Source of the DNA: Squalus acanthias
Taxonomy: Eukaryota
Assembly (NCBI GenBank): GCA_030390025.1
Contig: CM059433.1
Location: 4,526,001-4,590,000, forward strand
Direction: 5' to 3'
Length of the DNA stretch: 64,000 nucleotides
Shown here: in pieces, positions 14,593-26,846 of the stretch
Layout of the letters: each line of letters opens with the position of its first letter
How positions within the stretch are numbered: the first letter of the stretch is position 1
Program-made: the position numbers and the translations under genes
Notes under the pieces: generated by a model
The model's input: the letters and a program-made list of their open reading frames with translations, nothing else
The model's database searches: none
What the model was told of the DNA's origin: nothing

Positions 14593-15272
14593 ACTGATTA
14601 ACCAAATATGTTCATTGTATATAAACTTCTGATAAAACAAAAACATTTTTTTTTTTTAAAAACCTCAATCCTTAAAAGGAATGACTTTGATTTTGAAAAC
14701 AGAAAAGGTCTTTCAGTCCTCAAAGGGTTTAAACCCACTGCTACTCACTATGTCAACACTTCCATTACGGCCAGATTATGAATCAACCCATTACCTTCAG
14801 GGGCTTACTTAAGAGTGTTGTCCCTCGTTATTCTTCTCACAGTTCAAAGGTTCTAAAGTGCAGATTTGCCACCAACTACCGCAGTATCTAGTGAGGCGGG
14901 CACACTTCCTGATTTTGTTCAGAACAGCAGAGCGGTGATTCAAACCAGGACATTTCAAACTGGATCTAATACAAAATCATTTACTCTAAACTACAGCAAA
15001 CATTAAAGTTTACACTTCTGTCTATTATTCAGGCAAGTAAAGACACTTCAAAAATTCTGTTTTAAAAAAATATGTTAAGGCAGTGCATAAGATTGATGAA
15101 GGTTTACAGGAAATTGTTTTCAACATGTATCAGTCTTTATATTTGATTGATTTGGTACCATTCTATTCAGTTTTTTAAAACACTGTTTTAAACATTGCAA
15201 TATGTTCATGGCTCAAAGAAAATTCTGTGTTACTTATGGAGTGCTCATTTTTGCCGTCTAAATTTTCATGCC

Positions 15273-15436
15273 TCAGACATGTCGTCCAGTCAGAAAAAAG
15301 AGTGGCTTGTCCTCTTGGGAGTTAGCTGTCTGGAATTCATCTCTTAACCTGAACTGCCACTCATCTTCCAGCTCCAGTCTTACAACAGTCTGGCGAAGAG
15401 AACTACGATCTTGACAAATGACACACAGCGTAGCGC
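15273..15436 (-). CDS. GREB1: GREB1 last coding exon ([54 protein letters not shown])
   Basis: Hand translation matches the GREB1-family C-terminus; acceptor tttgtttAG at 15437-15438; TGA at 15273-15275; 164 nt fits phase 1. Not in the ORF track. Confidence 0.95.
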
Positions 15437-15921
15437 CTAAACAAATGAATTTGTAAAGTCAATATCGGCAAGCTCTTTTAAAAATGTGTTCGTTTAAAAA
15501 CAAATCATTGCCCAAGGTGGTGTCCATTACAAAGGCACTGGAGACATATATATATATATTTGACAAGCTTCAGGGAATGTAAAATGTTATGTACAATATA
15601 TCAGTACATTCTTTCAAAGGCAAAATCAAATTTCAACATTTTAAACTTTAATAAAATGAAATATTTCTTGCATCTGAATATTACAAACCATGTTCAGGGG
15701 TACATTTTGCCACACTAGGCCTCGTTATCAAGAATGATTTCTATTAAAATCCTGTTTATCTGTACACGAGAAAAAGCACTTGTTGTTAGTAAACCCTTTT
15801 GTTTCCCAAATGGCGTACGGGCGAACTGTAACATGCAATACGGTACTGAGCCAGAGCCACCAGAGGGTCTTGTGTTCAATGCTGGTCTGTGCTAAGCGAG
15901 CTCGTCTCCACCAAGGCAGTA

Positions 15922-16401
15922 CAGTAAACTCTTGTTTAAACAGCACTTAATCATCCGGAATTCTTTAATAACCGGCAAAATTCAGGAGTAGGTTTTGAGG
16001 CTTCCGCCCCAGAAGGAACGGGGCAGTCGTGTCCCGAAAATGGTGGGGAACGACTTACCACTTGTTCCCGCCGTCGCTGTGGGTGCTGCAATCTTCCCCG
16101 CACAGTATCAGCTGGCCGCCCAGCCAAAGAGGAACCCAAAGGGAAGTTTTACTGTATATTTGTGGGGCCAGAATAAGCAGGTGTGCTCCTTCGGCTTTTA
16201 CAAAACCAGCTTGGGCCATTGCCATTCCGTGTCCCACCTCCCCTCCTGAGTTCGGAACACCCCCACAGAATTACCACCTTCTGGTCTGAGGTCGGCCGAT
16301 ATATAAATTGCCTCGGTAGGTATACCTCTCCGTTATCCGGAATTTTTAATCAACCGGTACCATCCCGGTCCCATAGGTGCCGGATACGAAAGAGTTTACT
16401 G
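15922..16401. mobile_element. Tc1/mariner (pogo/Tigger-like) MITE
   Basis: TIR CAGTAAACTCTT ... AAGAGTTTACTG with TA on both sides (15920-15921, 16402-16403). Confidence 0.8.
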
Positions 16402-17569
16402 TAGTAGGTGCTACAGTCGGCTCCAGACTCCTGGGCTAAGGAAGGGTGTACTTCCTTATGCCACATGTGACAGTGTCAGATAATATCACCACGCTATATT
16501 TTCCAGTGACTTTTGAAAGTTTAACTAATTATATAAACTGAATCAAACAGGATAATTAGAACACACATTAATTCCAGCTTCGTTGGAACCAATCCCCAAA
16601 AGGATTTGAGAGCACTTTTGAACTTTTTCTCACCTCTTTTCCCAAATAACTTTACCTAATTAATGCCTGCACGTGATTAATATCCCACTTGTGGCATTAA
16701 TCATAACTCACTTGTGACTTAGCTGCCTGAGTGTAATCAAGTAAGTCTGCTCATCGGACATGAATCAGATCTCACTGGCCTTCATTGTTGATCCTCTATT
16801 TACTTCCCACAGTGTCAGCTATAGTCGGGCAGAAAGCAAGTCTAAAATTAATAAAGTTATGGTACTTGCTCTAAATTGTGTATCCTAAATTTATATATTT
16901 ATAGTAGCATTTGGATTCTTTTCCATTTCCTCACTGCTATAATGAGACACTATGAGGGCTGACTACCCCACAACAACATTGAAGAAATGTGTCCCGATTA
17001 TGAGTCCTTTGCAAGACTACAGCCCTCAGCCAGATCTCATGTTTAGGTCAGGAACAGAAGACCTGCTCTGCAGCTGCACCTCAACATTTCGTATCCTGAA
17101 AAAAATCGTCACAAAATACCAGTGGGAAAAGGTCACTCAGCCATGCATCATTTCTACCTGCGGAATATGCCTATGCCAGAGAGTGCCGTCAACTATAAAA
17201 TTCAGATCCGTGTGTGTGGAAGTTCAAATGCAGTGTCATTTATCACTGGTCGAAGCAGCATTGCTGCAGCCTGCACCTCTGCCTCCCCATTGTTGCTCCG
17301 TGCAGTTTCTCCCAGTCTTCTCTCTGTGCTCCGGCCACAGCTAGGGTCAGATTTATGAGCCATTTTCTTCACACACAGTGTCCCCTAGCTGTATCGTTCT
17401 GTTACGCTGCCACATCTGGACAGTAGCAGTGAAGAAAGAACCAACAATATTATACAGCACCTGATCACACTGTCAGGAAGTTCCACAGCACTTTGTATAA
17501 TGTTTTTTTCCTTTTTCTTTAGTGGTTTCGGTACTGTTAGATACAACCTCGCAGAGTGCCAGAGACTGA

Positions 17570-17687
17570 AACATAGAAACATAGAAACTAGGAGCAGGAG
17601 TAGGCCATTCGGCCCCTCGAGCCTGCTCCGCCATTCAACATGATCATGGCTGATCATCCAAATCCAGTACCCTGTCCCTGCTTTCTC
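17570..17687 (-). mobile_element. Short CR1 3' tail
   Basis: Matches 52810-52925. Confidence 0.8.
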
Positions 17688-17833
17688 ACACAGAATCCCC
17701 ATCGAGCTGCTCAATAAACAGATAGTGATCTATCTTCCACGTTTTATCTTTGCGCAATAATTTTATATTAGCAAAACAGAAGACCCCTGGAAAAGGGACC
17801 AGTTTGGTTTGACTTCCCGTCACTTACGCCATT

Positions 17834-18690
17834 AGCTGTGGCTCAGTGGCAGCATTCTCACCTCAGAGTCGGAAGGTCATGGGTTCAAGTCTCACTCCAG
17901 AGACTTGTGCAGGTAATCCAAGCTGACAAGCTCCTGGTTAAGCAGCGCCTCGATTTCAAAATTCTCATCCTTGTTTTCAAATCCCTCCATGGCCTCGCCC
18001 CTCCCTATCTCTGTAATCTCCTTCAGCCCCACAACCCCCCCCCCGAGATATCTGCGCTCCTCTAATTCTGCCCTCTTGAGCATCCCTGATTATAATCTCT
18101 CAACCATTGGTGGCCGTGCCTTCTGTTGCCTGGGCCCTAAGCTCCGGAATTCCCTGCCTAAACCTCACTACCTCTCTTTCCTCCTTTAAGACGCTCCTTA
18201 AAACCTAGCTCTTTGACCAAGCTGCCCTAATTTATCCGTATGTGGCTCGGTGTCAAATTTTTTGTCTTAAAATACTCCTGTGAAGCGCCTTGGGACGTTT
18301 TACTACGTTAAAGGCACTATATAAATACAAGTTGTTGTTGTTGACACTCCAGTGCAGCACCGAGGGAGTGCTGCACCAGCAAAGGTGCCATCTTTCAGAT
18401 GAAATGTTAAACCGAGGTCCCGTCTGACTTCATGGGTGCATGTAAAAGATCCCATAGCACCATTCAAAGAGGAGCAGGGGAGTTCTCCCCATGTCTTGGC
18501 CTCAACCAACATCACCAAAAGCAGATTTTCTGGTCATTTATCTCATTGCTGTTGGTGGGACCTTGCCGTGTGCAAATTGGCCGCCATGTCTCCCTGTACT
18601 GTAATAGTGACTGCACCTCAAAATGCTCAATTCGCTGTGCAGTGCTGTGGGACATCCTGAGGACATGATAGGTATTATATAAATACAAGT
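17834..18690 (+). mobile_element. tRNA-headed Deu-domain SINE split by an L2 insertion
   Basis: TGGCTCAGTGG and GGTTCAAGT boxes; body resumes at 18342. Confidence 0.8.
17929..18341 (+). mobile_element. L2-clade LINE 3' end
   Basis: FKILILVFKSLHGLAPPYL, GGRAF; (GTT)n tail; TGACA duplicated at both ends. Confidence 0.85.
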
Positions 18691-18921
18691 TTTTTCCTCT
18701 TTATCTTATTATAGCCTGGAGTCCGATTCTCAATTAGTACTTTTTAAAAAAAAATAAAGGCACATTGCCTCATAGCAGCATCTGAAAAAATGGTCACCAT
18801 AGAAAGTATATTTGGATGGCACTTGCAGATTTAGATACTTAAAGTTCATTGCTAAGTTTAGCAAGTTCAATGTTATTGTTTCAGCCATTTTGAAATAAAT
18901 TTTAAAACATTTCTTCAAGAC

Positions 18922-19136
18922 GCAATTCTCTGCCCCCGAGGGCTGTGGATGCTGAGTCTTTGAGTCTATTCAAGGCTGAGATCGATAGATTTTTGGACTC
19001 TAGCGGAATCAAGGGATATGGAGATCGGGCGGGAAAGTGGAGAGGAGGTCGATGATCAGCCATGATCTCATCGAATGGCGGAGCAGGCTCGAGGGGCCGA
19101 ATGGCCGACTCCTGCTCCTAATTCTTATGTTCTTGT
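18922..19136 (+). mobile_element. CR1 3' end
   Basis: GATCAGCCATGATC..GAATGGCGGAGCAGGCTCGAGGGGCCGAATGG, TTCTTATGTTCTT tail. Confidence 0.85.
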
Positions 19137-19439
19137 GTAAAATGAAGGGCGATATTTAAAAGGGGACCTTTTTAAAATGACAGTGGCCCTGACCTTGACA
19201 GGGGCAGGTTTTGTGAGCGGGGGAGGAATTGTGCAGGCGGGGGGGGGGGGGGGGGGGGGGGAGGGGTTTTGTTCAGGAAACCCAGAAGTTCACAGCGTGC
19301 ATATTTTTTTCAAGCAGGTACCCCTCCCCCCCCCACCCCACCGCCCAGAAGGCAGCCTGATTGACAGGTTTGGTTCCCTGTCGGACGGGGAACGCTCCGG
19401 AGGAGTCCGCAGGCCAGGAGCAGGTAGGGAGGAAGGGTG

Positions 19440-19538
19440 AAACAACAACAGAAAACGCTGGAAAAACTCAGCAGGCCAGGCAACATCCGTGGAGAGAGAA
19501 ACAGAGTTAATGTTTCAGGTCGAAACCCTTCGTCAGAG
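19440..19538 (-). mobile_element. Penelope-like terminal-repeat fragment with hammerhead-like core
   Basis: Minus strand CTGACGA-AGGGTTTCGACCT-GAAAC..TTAACTCTG..CCTGCTGAG; related copy at 44098-44200. Confidence 0.65.
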
Positions 19539-20030
19539 GAGGAAAGGTGGTTGACGATCTGGGAGGGGGGGGGGGGGGGGGGGAGGGGGGGAACCAATCT
19601 CAGGTCCCAGGATGACCAATCACGGAAGGGGGGGGGGGGGGGGGGGTCTTTGGATCTGGGTGGGGTCGGGACCTGATGGCGGGCAGGGAAGCAGGTTAGC
19701 TTGGCGGGGGGGGGGGGGGTCAGGGGAAGCAGTGCTGCAAAGGCACTTACCTCTTCCACAAAACAGTCCTCACCTCCCTTTAGCTGTCGGGTTCCCCGAC
19801 GCCTGGGAAACCCGGCTGGCCTAGGAGACACGTAGCCTGGGAGTGGGTTGGCCGCCTGCCCCCGATCCCGCCTCCTGTAAAACCCACCCATTTTGTGGTT
19901 AAAATTACCCCCAGTATCTCTGAAAGCCCAGTTAAAAAAAAAATCTAGCCACAGTAAGAGAAAAAGCCACACTGACTTTTCAAAGCGTGAAGACTAGAAT
20001 GGAAAAAAGCTTAATTAAACACAGGCTTAC

Positions 20031-20169
20031 CTTTCAGAAAGTGGAATTGTTTCAAAATACTAGCTGTGACAAATGAGTCACACAGATACAGAAGGAGTCC
20101 ACTGAAAGCAAGGCCGGAGCTGTCGATATTTAAAGAATGAGGACGAGAACTCACAAAGCAAACAGTAAT
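20031..20169 (-). CDS. GREB1: GREB1 exon ([46 protein letters not shown])
   Basis: cAG acceptor, GTAAG donor, 139 nt (phase 0 to 1); peptide matches GREB1. Not in the ORF track. Confidence 0.95.
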
Positions 20170-20579
20170 CTGAAATATTTAAAAAAATGAGATTGTAAAT
20201 GTCACGACATCCTGAAATCTTTTACCTTGCGCTTTAAAATAAAATTAACTGATTTAAATAACGAGTTTCAGACAGGAACGAATACCATTTGGAACAGCAC
20301 AGGTTTCTTCTCGAGGCGACCAAGACTGGGGGTGGAATTGGCTATCGCCGGCTGGTGGGGGCAGGGAACAATCCCTGCGTCCGAACGGGTCAGCCCGAGA
20401 CACGCTCGATATCGGGCATTGGGCTTCATTTAAATTTGTCTGCGCGTCCCCGGGCAGCTCACCGGTGAAGCTGATTTAAATTCTGCGCCGCTGTATCACT
20501 AGCAGGTCCTCGGAGGAGGGTGGAGGCGGAGGCAACTGAGAGTGGGGATCGGGGGATGATCGGGAGAGGGGAGAGGCAA

Positions 20580-21182
20580 ACAGTGATGATGATACCAATC
20601 GACTGCAACAGGACATGGAAAGGCTAGCAGAATGGGCAGACAAGTGGCAGATGGAATTTAATACAGAGAAGTGTGAGGTGATGCATTTTGGCAGAAGGAA
20701 CAGGGAGAGGCAATATACACTTAATGGCACAGTTTGAAAGAGTGTGCAGGGACCTGGGAGTTAATGTGCATAGGTCCCTGAAGGTGGCAGGACACATTGA
20801 GAGAGTGGTTAGCAAAGCATATGGGATCTTGGGCTTCAGAAATCGAGGTATTGAGTACAAAAGTAGAGAAGTTATGCTGAATCTTTATAAAGCACTGGTT
20901 AGGCCACAACTGGAATATTGCGTCCAGTTCTGGTCACTACACTTTAGGAAGGATGTGAAGGCCCTTGAGAGGGTGCAGAGGAGATTTACCAGAATGGTTC
21001 CGGGGATAGGGGAACTTAGCTACAAGGACAGGTAGGAGAAGCTGAATTTGTTTTCATTAGAGCAAAGGAGGTTGAAGGGTGATTTGATAGAGGTGTACAA
21101 GATTATGACAGGTTTGGATAGGCGAGACAGGGAAAGGCTGTTCCCACTAGTTGATGGTGCAAGGACTAGGGGACATAGATTT
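20580..21182 (+). mobile_element. CR1 LINE internal fragment, 3'-deleted
   Basis: ORFs 20688..21035 and 21048 onward (LYKALVRPQLEYCVQFWS); same subfamily as 48394-49202. Confidence 0.9.
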
Positions 21183-21774
21183 AGCGCCCTGAAAAAATTA
21201 GCGCCCCCGCGGCTGAAATTCACCGGTAGCACCCGAAGAGGGAAGCGGGGTGCGACTGGAAGCGCTCCCCCTCCCTCTTGGGCGCTGCGAGTGAATTCTT
21301 AAAGGGGAGGGGCCTAGCGCAGTGCGACCCGGGGCCCAGCTGGGCCACCAGGGATCGGAGTGCCGGCAAAAGAGCCCGGCATTCAAGAGAAGTGCCGGGC
21401 TCACGGAGCGCAGCCGGCACTCGGCGGGGGGGGGGGGGGGGGCTTCAGAGGAGGCCGGGGACGGCAGAGGGGGCAGATGCTGGCAGGTGGCCAGCAACAA
21501 AAATGGCCACCTGGCACCTCCCCTTTAACTTGTGCCGCCCCAGGTAGGACCCCCCGACCCCGTCGGACATAGCGTCCGGCAGTAAGTCAGGGGGCGCTAC
21601 CAAAGATCGCGAGCAGGGGACTGTGCACGGCGCGGGGCGCTAACGGTTACCGCCGCCACTAACCTCCCGGTGAATTTCGCGGGAGGCGTTGGCGGCGCCG
21701 CGCCCGGGCGCTAGTTGCTTTGCGCCCTCTTAGGGCGCTAACGGGAGGCGCAAAGCAACCGAATTTTTAGGCCC
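21180..21774. mobile_element. GC-rich TIR element, right part
   Basis: TAGCGC/GCGCTA motifs; end CAACCGAATTTTTAGGCCC mirrors the start at 49203. Confidence 0.6.
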
Positions 21775-22520
21775 ATGACTCCTGTTCCTCCCGGCTTCAC
21801 AGACAGGTAAGTTTTTTTTTGGTGCCAGCCGCCAGCGGTCCCTTTAAGGATTAGGCGACATGAAGAGTTAGTTTGAGATCATAATAAATTGACTGTAAAA
21901 TTGTTCACTGATTATGCTCCGACAATTGTTTTCTCTTGTATTGTAGAGGCTCGAGTAGTCACAGACACAAATGAGTGTCGAACATCTCTTGTTCTTCTGG
22001 TAGTACTTCACTATAAATCCTTAACAGCCAGAAGTAAAAAAAAAAAATCAGCTTTACTCAAATTCTGTACAACACCATGAGATTTGACGGTAGCAGGTTA
22101 CTCTAATGGGCACAAAAATTGTGTATACTGCAAATAAAACACAAATAAGTGTTGATAATGGTATATCATTTTATGATATGGTGACCTCTTGTGCCCTCCT
22201 CCCCACTCTCACCCCACATTAGTCTCAGACTTGCTCACAACAACCGCCCCCCCCACCCCCACTCCATTGCCTGGCGGTGGCCGACCATTACCTGAAGCCC
22301 CTCTCTCGCCGGCTGGCCAGGCAGTGATTCTGGCCGGATTCGGGCGGCAGCCTGACTTAAAACATGGAAATGAGGCTCAGCAGTTGAAATGATCCAGGGT
22401 TAAAATTCCTCAAAGTGAGGAGTGTGATTCATGCTGGTATTGGCAACAGGAGGGCCGGCTGCAACATCTGAAGCCTGCTCAAACTCTCACTTCAAGGTTT
22501 ATTATTTTACACCTCTCTCT

Positions 22521-22952
22521 TCAGAAGGTTGTGGGTTCAAGTGCCACTCCAGGGACTTGAGCACATAAAAAGCTAGGCTGACACTCCTGTGCAGTGCTGA
22601 GGGAGCGCTGCACTGTCGGAGGTGCCGTCTTTCAGATGAGACGTTAAACCGAGGCCCCGTCTGCTCTCTCAGGTGGACGCAAAAGATCCCAGGGCACTAT
22701 TTTGAAGAAGAGCAGGGGAGTTATCCCCGATGTCCCGGGACCAATATTTATCCCTCAATCAACATCACAAAAACAGATTATCTGGTCATTATCACATTAC
22801 TGTTTGTGGGAACTTGCTGTGCACAAATTGGCTGCTGCGTTTCCCACATTACAACAGTGACTCCACTTCAAAAGTACTTCATTGGCTGTAAAGCGCTTTG
22901 TGACGTCCGGTGGTCGTGAAAGGCGCCATGTAAATGCAAGTCTGTCTTTCTT
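22521..22952 (+). mobile_element. Deu-domain SINE (5'-truncated)
   Basis: GATGAGACGTTAAACCGAGGCCCC, CCAATATTTATCCCTCAA, L2-like tail TGTAAAGCGCTTTG. Confidence 0.85.
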
Positions 22953-23057
22953 GCAACCCAAGTACGTGATCAGACAGTTTCAAAGCAGCCAGCCAATTTT
23001 CACATTGTAATTATTAATGAGACACACTGTATAGATTTTATGATATTAGCGCCATAC

Positions 23058-23258
23058 CTCTTGCCCTAGGTTGAGATAACAGTCTACTGACAGCACTGGA
23101 TGACTGTAGTTCCTTACTGACAATGGAAAAAGACGGTTACTTGTGTGTTGCAGATATTTTTCCAGCAGTAATTGGGCTGGTGCAGCTAAAAATGTATGTT
23201 TGCTGTCTGGAGCACAGATATACTGAGATGGGGAAATGGACATTGGTACATCAGGGAC
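23058..23258 (-). CDS. GREB1: GREB1 exon (VPDVP...[23 protein letters not shown]...DCYLNLGQE)
   Basis: Within ORF 23046..23273; cAG and GTATG junctions; 201 nt, phase 0 to 0. Confidence 0.95.
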
Positions 23259-23424
23259 CTGTAACAAATACAAATATATTCAGTGCGGTCATCAAAGGAA
23301 AATATGCTTGAACTTGTCCTTCACAAGATTGCTAGATGATATACATAAATACATGAAAAATAACAGCGATAGGAATTGGAATGAGATACTAAAATAAGGA
23401 ATTAGGTGTGGTATTGATCGTCTA

Positions 23425-24671
23425 GAAATAATAGATGCATTGCTGGTCATCTTCCAAAACTCTATAGACTCTGGAACAGTTCCCATGGATTGGAGGGTAG
23501 CTGATGTAACCCCACTATTTAAAAAAGGTGGTAGAGAGAAAACAGGGGAATTATAGACCAGTAAGCCTGACATCGGTAGTGGGGAAAATGCTGGAGTCCA
23601 TTATAAAAGATGTAATAGCAGAGCACTTGGAAAACAGTGACAAGATCAGACAAAGTCAACATGGATTTACAAAAGGTAAATCATGCTGAACTAATCTACT
23701 GGAATTTTTTGAGGATGTAACTGGTAGAATAGATAAGGGAGAACCAGTGGATGTGGTGTATTTGGACAAAGCTGGGTGGGCGTGTGTGCTGTGAGGAGGA
23801 TGCAGAGAAACTCCAGTATGATTTGGACAGGTTGGGTGATTGGGCAGATGCATGGCAAATGCAGTATAATGTGGATGAATGCGAGGTTATCCACTTTGGT
23901 GGCAGAAACAGGAAGGCAAATTATTATCTGAATGGCAATAGATTGGGAAAAGGGGAAGTGCAACGAGACCTGGGTGTCCTTGTGCACCAGTCGCTGAAGG
24001 TAAGCATGCAGGTGCAGCAGGCAGTTAAGAAGGCAAATGGTATGTTGGCCTTCATGGCGAGAGGATTCGAGTACAGGAGTAAGGATGTCTTGCTGTAGTT
24101 GTACAGGGCCTTGGTGAGACCACACCTTGAGTATTGTGTGCAGTTTTGGTCACCTTATCTGAGGAAGGATGTTCTTGCCATGGAGGGAGTGCAGCGAAGA
24201 TTCACCAGACTGATACCTGGGATGGCAGGAATGACGTATGAAGAGAGATTGGGTCGATTGGGCTTGTATTCGCTAGAGTTTAGAAGAATGAGAGGGGATC
24301 TCATTGAAACTTATAAAATTCTAACAGGACTAGACAGACTAGATGCAGGAAGGATGTTCCCGATGGCGGGGGGTCACAGTCTAAGGATAAGGGGTAAGCC
24401 ATTTAGGACTGAGATGAGGAGGAATTTCTTCACCCAGAGAGTGGTGAACCTGTGGCATTCTCTACCACAGAAGGCAGTTGAGGCCAATTCATCAAATATA
24501 TTCAAGAAGGAGTTAGATATATTTCTTAAGGCTAAGGGGATCAAGGGATATGAAGAGAAGGCAGGGACAGGGTACTGAATTTGGATGAACAGCCATGATC
24601 GCATTGAATGGCGGAACAGGCTCGAGGGGCCGAATGGCCTACTCCTGCTCCTATCTTCTATGTTTCTATGT
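23425..24671 (+). mobile_element. CR1 LINE 3' portion with internal deletion
   Basis: PLFKKG..NYRPVSLTS, then a jump to TKLGG; ORFs 23751..24098 and 24099..24578; CR1 tail. Confidence 0.93.
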
Positions 24672-24959
24672 CAGTTCTGACCGTCAAGTGAGAAATGTAA
24701 ATGTGAAAAACATGAACTGGATTGGATGGTGCAGTGTGTTAACACACAGTCTGTCTGCATCTGGAACCGGGGCTTCAGTTAAATTCTGACTGATGAGATA
24801 AGAGACCCCACACTCCCGACAGCTGTAAACTGAAATGAGTTTGAACAGACTCTACGCAGTTTCTAGTGCCGACAAGAACTGCACAAAACTTTGGGGTGCA
24901 ATAATGTGGTTTTGCGGTGTGGCATCAGAGCTGATGCTCTTTGGGCACTGCGCATGCCT

Positions 24960-25495
24960 GTGATGTGGGCGTCGCTGGCAAGGCCAGCATTTATTGCCCA
25001 TCCCTAGTTGCCCTTGAGAAGGTGGTGGTGAGCCACCTTCTTGAACTGCTGCAGTCCGTGTGGTGAAGGTGCTCCCACAGTGCTGTTAGGGAGGGAGTTC
25101 CAGGATTTTAACCCAGCGACGATGAAGGATCGATGATATATTTCCAAGTCAGGACGGTGTGTGACTTGGAGGGGAACTTGCAGGTGGTGGTGTTCCCATG
25201 CGCCTGCTGCCCTTGTCCTTCTAGGTGGAAGAGGTCACGGGTTTGGGAGGTGCAGCCGAAGAAGCCTTGGCGAGTTGCTGCAGTGCATCTTGTAGATGGT
25301 ACACACTGCAGCCACGGTGCGCCGGTGGTGGAGGGAGTAAATGTTTAAGGTGGTGGATATGGTGCCAATCAAGCGGGCTGCTTTGTCCTGGATGGTGTCG
25401 AGCTTCTGAGTGTTGTTGCAGCTGCACTCATCCAGGCAAGTGGAGAGTATTCCATCACACTCCTGACTTGTGCCTTGTGGATGATGGAAAGGCTT
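24960..25495 (-). mobile_element. LINE family B 3' portion
   Basis: LDTIQDKAARLIG..SLHHRRTVAAVCTIYKMHC and shared tail. Confidence 0.87.
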
Positions 25496-25794
25496 CAGAT
25501 CAGTGTTACTGGTGCACAGTGCATGGTGTGTACACTGGGAAAGGGGCAGAATATTGGGCACCTGCAGTTTTAACGGACTCCCGATCATCGTAAAGCTGTC
25601 TTGCTTCTGAAGTGTGGGAGAAATGACTGAAGCAGGTGCACACCGCACAATGACTCCATTTAACGAAGAAGCTTTGGAGGCGCTGTTTGAACGATGTCTT
25701 GCGTTTGTAATACTGCCGTACAAGATGCGTTAACAGAACTTCAGTTAAAATTTTGGGTGTTATCACTGAGGAAGAATACACGACACTCTGGCAA

Positions 25795-26332
25795 ATAAGA
25801 ACATAAGAAATAGGAGCAGGAGTCGGCCATTTGGGCCTTCGATCCTGCTCCGCCATTCAATAAGATCATGGCTGATCATCTACCTCATCTCCACTTTCCT
25901 GAACTGTCCCCATATCCCTTGATTCCCTTAATATTCAAAAATCTATCGATCTCTTTCTTGAATATACTCAACGACTGAGCCTCCACAGCCCTCTGGGGTA
26001 GAGAATTCCAAAGATTCACCACCCTCTGAGTGAAGAAATTTCTCCTCATCTCAGTCCTAAATGGCTGACCCCTTATTCTGAGACTGTGACCCCTGGTTCT
26101 AGACTCCCCAGACAGGGGAAACATCCTCCCTGCATCTACCCTGTCAAGCCCTGTAAGAATTGTGTATGGTTCAATGAGATCACCTCTCATTCTTCTAAAC
26201 TCCAGTGAGAATATAGGCCTAGTCTACTCAATCTGTCCTCATAGGACAATCCCCCTCATCCCAGGAACCAGTCTGGTGAACCTTCGTTGGGTATATCCTT
26301 CCTTAGGTAAGGAGACCAAAACTGTACACAGT
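25795..26332 (-). mobile_element. CR1 LINE 3' fragment
   Basis: ORF 25885..26190; same subfamily as 5974-6498 and 55983-56877. Confidence 0.92.
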
Positions 26333-26846
26333 TAGGATACTTTCCAAACGTCAATGTTTTACCAGGATATGATGTATCGCTGCCACGGCACTGTGCGTGG
26401 CCCATTATCTATGACAAGCGTACGGCCAACGCAAAGTATCTTCACAGACTCGCAAGGTGCTTGTTGACCTGGACATTTGAGGAAAAACGCATCGTTCAGA
26501 TTCCTCTTTCCAACACATGTTCCTTTTCCACCTGCTTTCAGGAGAAAGCTGCAGATAACAGAGGCTAGCGTCAGCAGACCTTGGTGGGGGGGGCAGGGGG
26601 TGGTGGGCAGGTTCGCCTGACATACAACTCTTGACCACATGATGAGAGGGCCTGGAGATTCCGAGCATGGAAGCACTAGAGGCAATGGGAGAGGGGGAGG
26701 TCAAAGGCCTTCCACAAAGGCAGGATTACAATCACCCTTTGTTCTTCATTCTTTCGCTCTGCACTGCAGCATAACACACAGGAATATCATACCATGTAAC
26801 ACAGTGGCAATGGTGCAATAGGGTGGAGCTCTGAAGCGGTAAAATT

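Noticed and set aside
26359..26540. Degenerate duplicate of the 31200-31335 exon (SVK...GRTLVI)
   Set aside because: Only a few scattered matches; no convincing nucleotide alignment.
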